A stretch of 64,000 nucleotides of DNA from Octopus sinensis (lineage: Eukaryota). Numbering within the stretch: position 1 is the first letter of the stretch; the number at the start of each line of letters is the position of its first letter. Below, piece after piece: positions 1 to 12,454 of this stretch. The notes under the pieces are model-generated. The model was not told the DNA's origin. It saw nothing but the letters and a program-made list of their open reading frames with translations, and searched no databases. The position numbers and the translations under genes were made by a program. Location of the stretch: positions 104,222,001-104,286,000 of the forward strand of contig NC_042997.1 of assembly GCF_006345805.1 (NCBI RefSeq), given 5' to 3'.

Positions 1-759
1 ATGATAAGGGAACATGAATTGCGTAAGCGACTACATTAGCTTACAGCTGTTTCGGCTAAAGGATGCAGTACACTCAGCTCTAAGTATAGCAGAAGCGCTC
101 GTTAGTTAATGTAGTTGATTACGTAATTTATCTTCCCTTGCCTTCCACTTTATAAACACGTATAAAACAAAAGTCAACTGAAAAATTAGTAATTTCACAC
201 ACCCTTTAATTCCCATTTGTGTGGATAAGGAGTAATTCAGTATAGCGGGAATCTTGAGACAAAAGGTTCCTTATTACTGATTCTTCAATAAAGATATTAC
301 ACAGCTGCTGGTGTATAAGAAATCAGGGTCTATCATAATCACAAACTAGTTCGGCCGTTCAAGATTTTGGACCTGGAGATCTCATTTCCAGCAACTTCGA
401 GGGCCACCTAGCAGTGGTGTCGGGCGTCAACGAAGAGCCCTCCACTACAACAAGACGACCAAAATTTTTTTTCCAAGGTCTGGGGTCCTAGACCATCACC
501 TAACCACCCTTACCTGTGTTGTTGCTTAACAACAATAACAACAAACTACTTCAGGAATTCTGCATGTGTAAATATGTCTAAACCCATAATCTCCGAGTGG
601 TATTAGTAATAACATGACCTCTACCATTTGTGGTTAACGTCGAACAAAGGTATTTACGGGCAGCGTGGAAGTGCTTTCCGCTTTACCAAGAATACGTTCT
701 AAAATGATTATATGCATCATATATGCTTCATAAGTCATATTGTAAAATTTAAAAAAAAC

Positions 760-1152
760 AGGAGTGGCTGTGTGGTAAGTAGCTTGCTAACCAACCACAT
801 GGTTCCGGGTTCAGTCCCAATGCGTGGCATCTTGGGCAAGTGTCTTCTGCTATAGCCCCGGGCCGACCAATGCCTTGTGAGTGGATTTGGTAGATGGAAA
901 CTGAAAGAAGCCTGTCGTATATATGTATATATATATATGTGTGTGTGTGTTTGTGTTTGTCCCCCTAGCATTGCTTGACAACTGATGCTGGTGTGTTTAC
1001 GTCCCCGTCACTTAGCGGTTCGGCAAAAAAGAGACCGATAGAATAAGTACTGGGCTTACAAAGAATAAGTCCCGGGGTCGATTTGTTCGACTAAAGGCGG
1101 TGCTCCAGCATGGCTGCAGTCAAATGACTGAAACAAGTAAAAGAGAGAGAGA
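760..1152 (+). mobile_element. SINE family A, full length (tRNA-derived head, TA/TG microsatellite linker, 3-prime body)
   Basis: A-box-like TGGCTGTGTGGT, B-box-like GGTTCAGTCC, tail CAGCATGGCTGCAGTCAAATGACTGAAACAAGTAAAAGAG. More than 15 related copies occur in the window. It resembles abundant octopus SINEs, but I cannot assign a family name (OK/OR1/OR2/Twitch). Confidence 0.9.
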
Positions 1153-1666
1153 CTTCTCGAAAAAACTAACCGACATTAATTATCAATTGGTCAATAGTTG
1201 AAGCAACTACATTGTATATAACTGACTCCTATAGATATATAGTTTCTTAGAAATGTCTAATATCTTAAACGTAAATTGCAAGAATTTAGCTGTTCATTTA
1301 AGCTCATTTCCTAATGTTCCCATGTTTCCATGAAAAATTGAATTATATTAGATAGTTCAAATGTTTTACCGGAGGACAGTTTATCATGTAGTTTGGCCGT
1401 GCGGTTGTACATACATACATAGATACACTTATATATGTATGTATGTATGTATGTATATACATATACATATATGTATGCGCGTGTGTGTGTATATATATTT
1501 ACGTACATAAACACATGCGTACATGGACACACATAAGTTCTTACATACATACATTACACGTGCATATATATACATATGTGAGCGTGTTTCGCGGGTGCTC
1601 TGTGTGTGTGTGTCTCTCTCTCTCACTCTGTGTGTGTGTATATATATATATATATAATATATAAGA

Positions 1667-1713
<47 letters not shown>

Positions 1714-1836
1714 TGTGTGTGGGTGTGTTGTGTGTGTGTGTGTGTGTGTGGTGTTTATTTATATATATTGTATATATTTACATATAAATGTATATATAGT
1801 ATATGATATATATATATATATATGTGTGTGTGTCTC

Positions 1837-1868
<32 letters not shown>

Positions 1869-2072
1869 TTTATGTGTGTGCATATTTATCGTGTTTCAAA
1901 CACGGAAATATTATATAATAACACTTGTGTTCTCGCTCCTGCTATATAGACTTTTTTTTCATGAATCGACTACTTTCTGTGTATTGAATAAACAGTTTAC
2001 TTGCAAACTAAGGCAGGTGATTCCATACAATCTAATCTCGAATTTCAAGTCAAGTTATTTTGTCATTTCTAG

Positions 2073-2263
2073 TTAATACAAGCTATTTCCTACAAAAGTA
2101 GTGTACAAAAATCTGCGTTTGTATTTTGCCTTATTTTTTATGTTTCTGTATCTTGACAAAACAACTGGTACCAGCTCTATGTATTCTTGTGTAATATATA
2201 TTGCTTCTCTTTGATTGCCATAATATGCTGACTCAGAAACCAACAATGCTTTTGTGAATAAAT
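2073..2263 (-). CDS. Candidate coding exon, unknown protein (DLFTKALLVSESAYYGNQREAIYITQEYIELVPVVLSRYRNIKNK...LY*)
   Basis: Non-repetitive open frame preceded by acceptor-like TTTTATTGTTCATAG. No family recognised. Confidence 0.2.
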
Positions 2264-2983
2264 CTATGAACAATAAAATATTTCACTTTTTGCTATTATT
2301 GTTATGGAGGGTGTTATCTATTCAGCAACTTTACACAACTTAGAGATTAGCTGAAGCCTTGTTACTTTAATATCAATATCAATAGTGAAACACAATATAC
2401 TGGTTTGGCAAATAACATTCAAAATACAAGTTAACGTATTTATCGGAAATATAAGATTTTATCTATGAATTAATAATGACATTTTAGATGAAGAGGAATT
2501 GATTATATAGCGGTTGAATTTTCGAAAATATCTATTAGTAGTTTGTCTATTCACTAATATAACTGATATTGATTCATATTGATATGATTGGTGAGTTGTT
2601 TTGCACCCAAAGTACATAAATTCGGAGAGATACTTCTGTAAAGTTTTAATTTACAGCCGATAATATAGAGATTGATATCTTTCCTGAAACTTGCTTGTTC
2701 CTGTCTGAATATTTGAGTAACAATGACTGAACAACATTCATACTTTATCTTACTGTTTCTTATTAGTTTCATTATGTATTTATTTATTTTCTCTAAACAT
2801 ATTCGGATTTGTCAGTATATCAGATTGCGTTGTTGCTGTTGTTGTCGCTGTCGTTGCCGTGGTGGTAGTTGTTAGTGATAACAGTGGTGGTATTATTGAT
2901 TGTAACGACAAGCCAAAATAGCCATAACTACTGCAACAAGCAACCATTTTATATTTCATTTTTATATTCGTGCACATATATAA

Positions 2984-3063
<80 letters not shown>

Positions 3064-3720
3064 TGGTGTATATTATTATTTATATATATATATTATATAT
3101 ATATATATATATATATTATACATATCCATATACATATACGTAATACATACATACGTACATATATATATATATATATACATGCATATTCATTCAGACATAT
3201 ACACAAATGCTCATGACAGAATCATAGCAGACTGTTAGTGGTCTGTGTCGACAAACACTGTATGTACTTCTAAAAATGTCAAAGAATTCAATACATGTGC
3301 TGTGAAGAGGTGTAGTTTCCGACATTTCGGTCTAAATACTTCTTCAGCTTTGAGATGAAGGCTATAAAAATATACGGAAGGGCTGCATGTCCTCACGAAG
3401 TGGAGAAAGAATATTCGGTTGAGAGTTAATTCACATGACGTATAAAATTGGAATTACTGAGATGTAGAAGGAGAGGAAGGAAGACTGTTCATTTAAACCA
3501 ATTGGTGCCACGTTTCAGCGTTCCTGACAAAATCTTCAATGTGCTGATCCATGGTAACAGGAGAATGGAGTTGTTTATAGAGCTGAAGTTATGTCGACAT
3601 GTAGAATAAAAGAAAAATACGCAGTTGAAAGTGATCAGCGAGTATCGCAACATTTGCAAGTGATTCATAAATCATATTAGTAGAAGAGTAGCATAAATTG
3701 TGTAATGGCCATTGTGTGCC

Positions 3721-3873
3721 CAGGAGTGGCCGTGTGGTAAGTAGGTTCCGGGTTCAGTCCCACTGTGTAGCACCTTGAGCAAGTGTCTTCTGCTATAGCC
3801 TCCGGCCGACCAAAGAATTGTGAGTGGATTTGGTATACGAAACTGAAAGAAGCCCGTTGTATATGTATTATAC

Positions 3874-3905
<32 letters not shown>

Positions 3906-3907
3906 GC

Positions 3908-3939
<32 letters not shown>

Positions 3940-4374
3940 TATATATATAATATATAATATATATTATAATATATATATATTATTTTATTATTTTTATTTT
4001 TTTATCAGTTTCAGCCATGAGCTGTGGCCATGCTGGGCCGCCATCTGGTGTTGCTACATGGTTTTACTTCACGAATGCTTTTTAGCAACTGCCATTTGTG
4101 CATGAGAGAGAGAGTTCGATGAGCTGCCCTCATCTGCACCTCCTGCCGTATGTATGCATATGTATGTGTGTATTTACGTGTCTGTGTTGGTCCCCACAAC
4201 ATCGCTTGACAACCGATGGTGGTGTGTTTACGTCCACGTAACTTAGCGGTTCGGCAAAAGACACCGACAGATTAAGTACTAGGCTTACAAAGAATAAGTC
4301 CTGGGATCGACTTGCTCGACTAAAGGCGGTGCTCCAGCATGGCCACAGTCAAATGACTGAAACAAGTAAGAGAG
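3721..4374 (+). mobile_element. SINE family A with a small head deletion, interrupted in its linker by another repeat
   Basis: 5-prime half at 3721-3870 and 3-prime half at about 4150-4374 match 760-1152. Confidence 0.85.
4005..4147 (-). mobile_element. Fragment of a different SINE-like repeat nested in the family A linker
   Basis: Reverse complement ends CCCAGCATGGCCACAGCTCATGGCTGAAACTGA, an A-like tail, but its body differs from family A. Confidence 0.55.
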
Positions 4375-4883
4375 TAGTACTGTAGCTTAGAGCTTGTGAT
4401 TGTTCAATTATTAATGAAGAGATAAGTGCTCCATCTACGGATGTAAAAGTGCCTGTAAGTGGTGGTGGTGGTGATGTGTGTATGGTGGAGCATCATGGTG
4501 ATTCTTAGAGGTAATACAGATTTTTTGGAATACTATTTCGATGTAGCACTTATATCAGCGACAATATGGAGTGAATACATATATACATACACACACACAG
4601 AAATACATGTATACATAGAGACACTTATATATACACACACGCGCACATACATACACCTACATACATACATACATACATACATACATACATACATACATAC
4701 ATACATACATACATACATAAATACAAAAAAAAATACCCTGTTGATGCTGAAATTCCAATTCTATTGGCAAGAAATCTTGAAATAATGACATACATACAAA
4801 CACACTCACAAGCACATACATACACACACAAACACATACATACATACATACATACATACATACATACATACAGATAGACAGAC

Positions 4884-5023
4884 AGGCGTTGCTGTGCGGT
4901 AAGAAGCTACCAACCACATGGCTCCAGGTTCAGGCCCACCGCGTGGAACCTTCGACAAGTGTCTTCTACTATAGCCTCAGTTAGACCAAATCCTTGTGAG
5001 AGGATTTGATAGATTGAAACCCT

Positions 5024-5055
<32 letters not shown>

Positions 5056-5162
5056 GCGCGCGCGCACACGCACATACACACATATATGCATGCGTGTGTT
5101 TTTGTCCTCCCCCTCTGCTTGACAACCGCTACTGGTGTGTTTATAATCTTGTAACTTAGACT
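4884..5162 (+). mobile_element. SINE family A, diverged and 3-prime truncated
   Basis: GGCGTTGCTGTGCGGTAAG...AAGTGTCTTCTACTATAGCC...GCTTGACAACC. Confidence 0.8.
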
Positions 5163-5280
5163 TCATGTATACACAAAAATATATACATACACACACGCGC
5201 GCGCACATACACACACATATATATATGTAAATGTATCTATATATCTATCTTTCTATCTATCTATCTATCTATCTATCTCT

Positions 5281-5360
<80 letters not shown>

Positions 5361-5400
5361 ATATATATATATGTGTGTGTATGTATGTATGTGTGTGTGT

Positions 5401-5441
<41 letters not shown>

Positions 5442-5939
5442 TGTCTACGTTGAGCCGACAGACGCATTTGGCTGTAGGTAATCCTCGTTTTCTAAATGTT
5501 AAGCATCTGAGCATCTGAGAATGAAACCGCTCTACCAGAATTGGATGGCATCCAGTCCTCACAAGTTCAAACTACACCTTTTGTTATCGCTCATTTCAGG
5601 CGAAGAGACATGAGAAACGGGAATGAGTCTTGCTTGAGGAAGCAATACACTGAACCGTCCTTGATTCAAACACACCACATTACTAGCCTTAGTTCAACAT
5701 TCGAACCGCCATTCTACACCTCTTCATATATACGCACAGACACACATTCATATATATATATACACACCTGTACACAAGTATATCGTGAGGTATTTTATAA
5801 CTGCATTTACATGATCTAATATTTACATTGAGACATAACTTGCACGTTTCCAGGACACGTTATGTCTCCTGTTTTTATCTATTATTTCCATTTGTAATAT
5901 ATTTTTTCTATCGGTCTCATTTTAATTTACAGGTTTCAT

Positions 5940-6310
5940 TTGAGTATGGCTTTACGGTTAAGATGCTCGCTTTGAAATCACATGTTTTCGGGTTCGGTCC
6001 CACTGGGTGGCACGTCGGCTAAGTGTCTTCTATAACTCCTGGCCGACCAATGGCTTTGAGTGAATTTGATGGACACCGTATAAATTGTATTTGCGTGTTT
6101 CTATCTTCCGTTTGTGTTTATCTCTCACCGCTCGGTTGACAATTGGCGTTGGTCTGTTTCAGTTCTCGTAACTTAGCGATTCAGCGATATAGACCGATAG
6201 ATTGAGTAACAGTCTTGGAAAAAGTTACGTTTACTAGGTCAATTTGATCGACTAAATCGTTTCAAGGCATTGTTGCAACATGGCCGTAGCGCATTGACTG
6301 AAACAAACAA
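5940..6310 (+). mobile_element. Old SINE related to family A
   Basis: GGGTTCGGTCCCACTG...AAGTGTCTTCTATAAC...CATGGCCGTAGCGCATTGACTGAAACAA. Confidence 0.7.
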
Positions 6311-6749
6311 TTGATAAATGAAAAGATAGACACACACACACACACACACATACACACACACACTAACACAAACACACACACACACACATATATTTGTGAG
6401 TGTGTGCGTGTGGTTTTATATCGTTTTACTGCTTTCCTTCCCCCTGTCCTTCTGTCGCTTCTCTTTTTCTGCTTTATTGCCTTCTTCTTTACTTATCGCT
6501 TTGTGTTTTACTATCCTCTTCACCTTTCCTTTATTCTTCCTTTCATTCATATTTTATTCTGTTTCTACTTTCACTCTTTCTATTTACTTTTCTTCTCTAC
6601 CCTCATTTTTTTTCATTTTTTTGCCTTATTCTTTTTTTTCTTTTTCGCCTTCTTTTTCCTCATTTAACTTTATTTATGTGTTTTTCTTTCCGCTTTCGCT
6701 TCCCTTTTACTGCTACTCTATCCCCTATCCTGTATGTATTATAATATAC

Positions 6750-6811
<62 letters not shown>

Positions 6812-6859
6812 ATATATACACATATATAATATATTGACATATATATATACATATATATG

Positions 6860-6898
<39 letters not shown>

Positions 6899-6944
6899 AA
6901 TCTATCTTTCTATATATATATTTACATATATATATATAATATAT

Positions 6945-6986
<42 letters not shown>

Positions 6987-7195
6987 ATATCTATACATAC
7001 ATAATATATATATATAGATGTATATATATATATATATACGTATATGTAAATATATACTGAGTACATGAGTGTTGTATGTATGTATGGTATGTATGTATGT
7101 ATGTGTGTATGTATGTATGTATCTATCTGTGTCTGCATATATATGCCTGTGTTATATATATACATACATAATATATACATATATATATATATATA

Positions 7196-7233
<38 letters not shown>

Positions 7234-7900
7234 TATATGTATATATGTATACCTATCTGTCTATCTATCTATCTATCTATCTATCTGTGTGTATGCATAT
7301 ATATATATGCCTGTGTTATATATACATACATACGCACACATACATATATACATATATTGTGTGTGTGTGTGAGAGAGAGAGGAGAGAGAGAGAAGGGAAG
7401 GAAAGAAAAAGAGAAAGAAAGAAAGAGAGAGAGAGAAAGTGTAGTTGTGCGTATGCATATATGCACAAACGTATGCAGCTAGTACGTAGGCATGTAAGCG
7501 CGTATATATTTCTCTAATCTATTTATCTACATATCTATTGAACTCGCTAGCCTATCTATAAAGCGATTCCGCCCTCCCATACACACCTCTTACCCAACTC
7601 CCCCAGCTTCCCACGTCACTACTTCATTCTACACGGAGTAACACCCCATTGACATAGTTGTGAGATTATACTATCACAAAATGCATTGATGTTGTGCACT
7701 TTATGTACAAGTCAGGCGATTCTGATTGTACAACCTTCTTTCTCTAACACAAAGGTGTCAATACAATTATAGCCAAAGCAGATGTTGCCTGGTTAAAGTA
7801 GTCGACCACATGAAATTGGCCGGAAGCCACCAAACTAAGGCTTGCTCTATTTAGGAGACAGGTCAGCTGCTGTCAGTCTGCTTGCATAGCTAAAAAAAGA

Positions 7901-7975
<75 letters not shown>

Positions 7976-8049
7976 CTATCGTCTGTCTGTCTGTCTGTCT
8001 GTCTGTTATCTATCTATCTATCTATACTATCTATCTATATCTATCTATC

Positions 8050-8085
<36 letters not shown>

Positions 8086-8244
8086 TATTATCTGTCCGTC
8101 TATCTAATCATACATATTATATGTGTGTGTGTATATATATATATATATACTTATTACGAATTTATTATTATTGTTAGTATTATCATTAGCTTCTTTATTC
8201 GCTACTGCAAATGATATTATTGTAATTACTATTTTTATTACGGG

Positions 8245-8278
<34 letters not shown>

Positions 8279-8462
8279 CTTGTGCATTTGTGTGTCTATG
8301 TGTGTGCGTGTGTGTGTATGCGTGTATATGTATATATATATATATATTTATGGAAGTATATATGAACGCACATACACACACATACACACACATAGATGTA
8401 TAATATATATATATATATATATATAAACATTTATATATGTATATATAATATATATGCATATA

Positions 8463-8839
8463 CACTACCGTCAGAAATTAATTAGCACCCTTGATTTGCT
8501 CTTCACTCAAGGTATGTGCTGTCACCTAGTGGCCATATCTCGAACTATTGCTTTGTTGCGAGTTCACTGTTGCGCAGAACGATGACGTAACTTTGTTTGC
8601 AGAGCAGTTTGAGAGTCTACAGCCTTATGATGTTGACATAGCAGTGCAACAAATTGGGGTGCGGATGCAGACAAATCTTCCTTTGTTTAATAGATATAGG
8701 TAGCGCCTCGCAAGGACCGAAATCACAGCATACTAAGTTTTCTCATCGCGTAAGACGTTTTGAACAGCTCATAGGTTAATTGATTTAACCTATTTAATGT
8801 AGAAATTTGAGAAGTGCTAATTAATTTCTGACGCAAGTG
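8463..8839. mobile_element. Tc1-like MITE (377 bp)
   Basis: 26-bp TIRs with 2 mismatches (CACTACCGTCAGAAATTAATTAGCAC versus CACTTGCGTCAGAAATTAATTAGCAC) and TA on both flanks (8461-8462, 8840-8841). Confidence 0.85.
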
Positions 8840-8892
8840 TACATATATTATATATATATAAATACATACATACACACAGACACACCACACAC

Positions 8893-8951
<59 letters not shown>

Positions 8952-10354
8952 CGCATGTATATATATATATGTGTGTGTGTGTGTGGGTGTGTGTGTTTTG
9001 TGTATGTCTATGCCTGTGAGTGTGTGTATTTATATGTTTGTGTCCGTGTATGGAATATGTCATATAAATAGCTTTGATGTAATACGATTATTTACATTTC
9101 AGAGGACACTTATGTAGTGTGTATGAAATTTATGTAATGCAGCATACACTGATGTGGTTAATGCGTAGTTTTGTGTTGAACTACAGTTTCAATGAGAAAT
9201 AGAAAACATAATTTTTCTTGCTGCAGCTGATTAAACCCAGATGAGCGTTGAGTGAGTAAAATAATGCTCAAACTTACTCCAGCCGTGATCATCCAGTCCT
9301 ATATATATATACACGATATATTTATGAATGTGTTTTTGCGTTTGTGTTTGTCATCCTCTCATCGCTTGACAACTGGTGTTGGTTTCTTTAACACCATAAG
9401 GTCGCTCATGTCTGTGGTTTGGGTCCTGTATTTCCGATATTTATTAAAGTAATATTACTCATTGACTAATGATACTATTTTCTTTTTCTTTTTTTTTTTG
9501 ACATCACATGGATGTTTAACTACCTTTTCATGTTCCGTACATCAAATATCTTAATAGTAACTTAACTGTTGGTTCACATGCGAATGACATACCCGAGTAA
9601 TTTAATAGCTACCGTCTTTACTTGTAGGGTCTGGAGGAAAGTGTAGTACCCATAGCCTCACAGGTACGCCGAAACCGGTGAGATTTTTACTCTTAATATC
9701 CCGTTTAAACTATTACAGGGTGATCTCTGCTGGATTGACATAAACAAGGATATTCCAGAGGGCAACATTCTAGGAAGGAAGGATGGATTGGTCTTATTGA
9801 TTAGCGGCTGTTGAGTGGTTTTTCTCGAGATGCAACCCAGGAAATCCTTGTCTGTAGCAGCAGCTCCACCATTCTAAGTATAGGGGCCTCTTATAGGTAA
9901 ACATGGATTGATGTTTTAGCACATTATTTTACGATGCGTCACAAATGTTGAGAGGGATTTTGTTAAACAGAATGGTTTATATAAATGGTCTTCAGTAAAG
10001 AATTGCTCACTTGTCTACCAAGTTCCTTAAATTGTCACATTAAACCGGAGTAATGTCTCTGTCAGTTATTAGCCATAACTTATATTAATAATTAAGTTAT
10101 GGAAGCGAGATGCTTTACTACTCCGATTCGCAATGATTATGATTACTGAATTTAGTTTCATCAATGTACCTTATGAGTTCATATACTATTTCCGAACCTC
10201 ATACTGAAAGTAAATGATGGTGTATTCAGGATCATACCGAGTTAGTACTATTTCATTACTATTTCCATGAGTTTTTGAGAACAGAATAGGTGATACAGAT
10301 TCAAATTGCTCTTCTATATCTCATTATTTCAAATTCCAAGTTTTATAAAAAATA

Positions 10355-10450
10355 TTCTTTTCTACTCTAGGTACAAGGCCCGAAATTTTGGGGGAGGGTC
10401 TAGTCGACCACAGTATACAACTGATACTTAATTTATCGACCCCGAAGGGT
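10355..10450 (-). mobile_element. SINE family B, 3-prime fragment
   Basis: TTTTCTACTCTAGGTACAAGGCCCGAAATTTTGGGG...TTTATCGACCCCGAA is the reverse complement of the 3-prime end of 35318-35530. Confidence 0.7.
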
Positions 10451-10738
10451 TTTATAAAAATATTAAAATCCTTAATGTATACCCCGTTCTACTTATTTCC
10501 CGCCTCTTGCTCTTTTTGTGTTTCTACATTATTCCCGGTCTCCTGCTTGCTCATATCAAATTTTATCACCATCATAGCCTTCGTTCTTATTATTGTTGCT
10601 TTGTCATCATCACCGTTGTCATTGTCAGCCAATAACTGTCATTCAATTTGTCACCCGTTCTAATGACGCTTCAGATGTTACCAACATATCTGCTTCCAAA
10701 CGTCAAAACGTCAATCAAAAGCAATGAGGGTTTGTCGA

Positions 10739-10807
<69 letters not shown>

Positions 10808-11674
10808 CTATCTATCTATCTATCTATCTCTTTTTCTCTCAATCTCTCTTCCCCTCTGCTTTCTGATGTCATAATTCCATTGGGACTGACTTTACCATAC
10901 GTCACCGGGCGTTTATAAGGTGAATACCAGTAATAAACTGCCACTTCATTGATGGTAAGATTGGCATGTGTCCACTGAAAATAGATTAAATATAACAAAA
11001 AAAAAAACGTTTTGATGACATGTTTGTGACTAATTTGAGGGCGCTGAACCCCAAAATTACATTTGTTTTTCCATATCACGTCAATTTTTTTGTCCTGTGA
11101 TATATTTGTATTTTTTTAATAATCACCATAAAAAAAAAGATAAAAGAAAAAGTAAACAATTCACACCTCCGTCCAATATCATGAAACAATTCTGAACTTG
11201 AAAAATGTGTTGATTAACTAAGGCATAAGCTAAATAACTGCTTAAGAAATATAGACTTAGTCACGTTTGTTGGTATATCAGTAAGTGATACATCGACCAT
11301 GGAAGAAATTTTCTACTCAGAGTTTTTGACGGGTGCTTACAACTCTTATAACCGGTGGAACCTTCCACTATAGTTCTTACATATTACTTTACGAATTTTC
11401 AACAAATTCATAAAGATAGCTGTTGAAAATGAAATGTTAAGCTCATATTACAACCTAGACAACGAAGATTCTAGTGCAGTGTTTTGAGTACTTCTTGAAA
11501 TCTTTTAATATCAATTTTCTAGAAATCTCTTTAAAAAAAAAGCACAAAAGAATTCCATCCTCTCTTCTCTCAAGTTTTCATAGATCAGTCATTAATTTTC
11601 TGCTTTCTATGTTGCTATTAATATCAGATTTTATTTTTCATAACTGAATTGTTGAAATATGTACGTGTACTTAC

Positions 11675-11849
11675 AACAGTTCCTTCACTTCTTTGTGCTT
11701 TAAAAAACTACTTCATTAGGCTCTGTTTGATGTGAAAAAAAACGATGTCTCCAATCTAGTAGTGACTTCCTTTACCAGCATGCAAGCATCTTCCCGTTGC
11801 CCGAATCTTCTGAGTTCAATGTTTCCCAGACGATAAAAGCCGAGTTTAG
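11675..11849 (-). other. Candidate exon (175 nt), coding status unclear
   Basis: Acceptor TTTTCATTCCTTCTTGCAG and donor GTAAGT. The frame KLGFYRLGNIELRRFGQREDACMLVKEVTTRLETSFFFTSNRA ends at an internal TAA TGA. Confidence 0.3.
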
Positions 11850-12256
11850 CTGCAAGAAGGAATGAAAAGTTTCAGGTACCTTAACAAAACAAAAACCAAC
11901 CAAGGCAGGGTTTAATATCCTTTTACCACGAAACATAAATATATAAGACAATGTATCTGGTTTTAGCGATTATTCGTTATATCAACTATCGTTCTATTTC
12001 ACATCATTGTATTTCAGCAAACTTCAATGAAGGAATAATGAAAGTAAGTCGTTTAATAAAAAATGCAGAAACATCTTAATAGGTGATAAAAGGAGCTAAA
12101 ACCCGAATAAAAAGACATAGAGTTAATAACAATATCATTACCGATATCAATAACTGTAAACAAGGAAACTTACAAAAAATATCATATCTTACCAACAACA
12201 GTAAAACTAAAATTTACAGTTGTAATAACTATGGTAACCATACTGCAAAATTAATA

Positions 12257-12421
12257 GGCGCAGGAGTGGCTGTGTGGTAAGTAGCTTGTTTATCAACCAC
12301 ATGGTTCCGGATTCAGTCCCACTGCGTGGCACCTTGGGCAAGTGTCTTCTACTATAGCCTCGGACCGACCAAAGCCTTGTGAGTGGATTTGGTAGACGGA
12401 AACTGAAAGAAGCCCGTCGTA

Positions 12422-12454
<33 letters not shown>

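Noticed and set aside
760-850. tRNA genes at SINE heads
   Set aside because: They have A/B boxes but no full cloverleaf, and each is fused to a SINE body.
7593-7895. Minus-strand exon bounded by TTTTTTAG and GTAAGA
   Set aside because: All three frames stop early and there is no other support.
9628-9810. Plus-strand mini-exons GLEESVVPIASQ and GDLCWIDINK...
   Set aside because: They overlap the hammerhead-like repeat and the second frame closes quickly.
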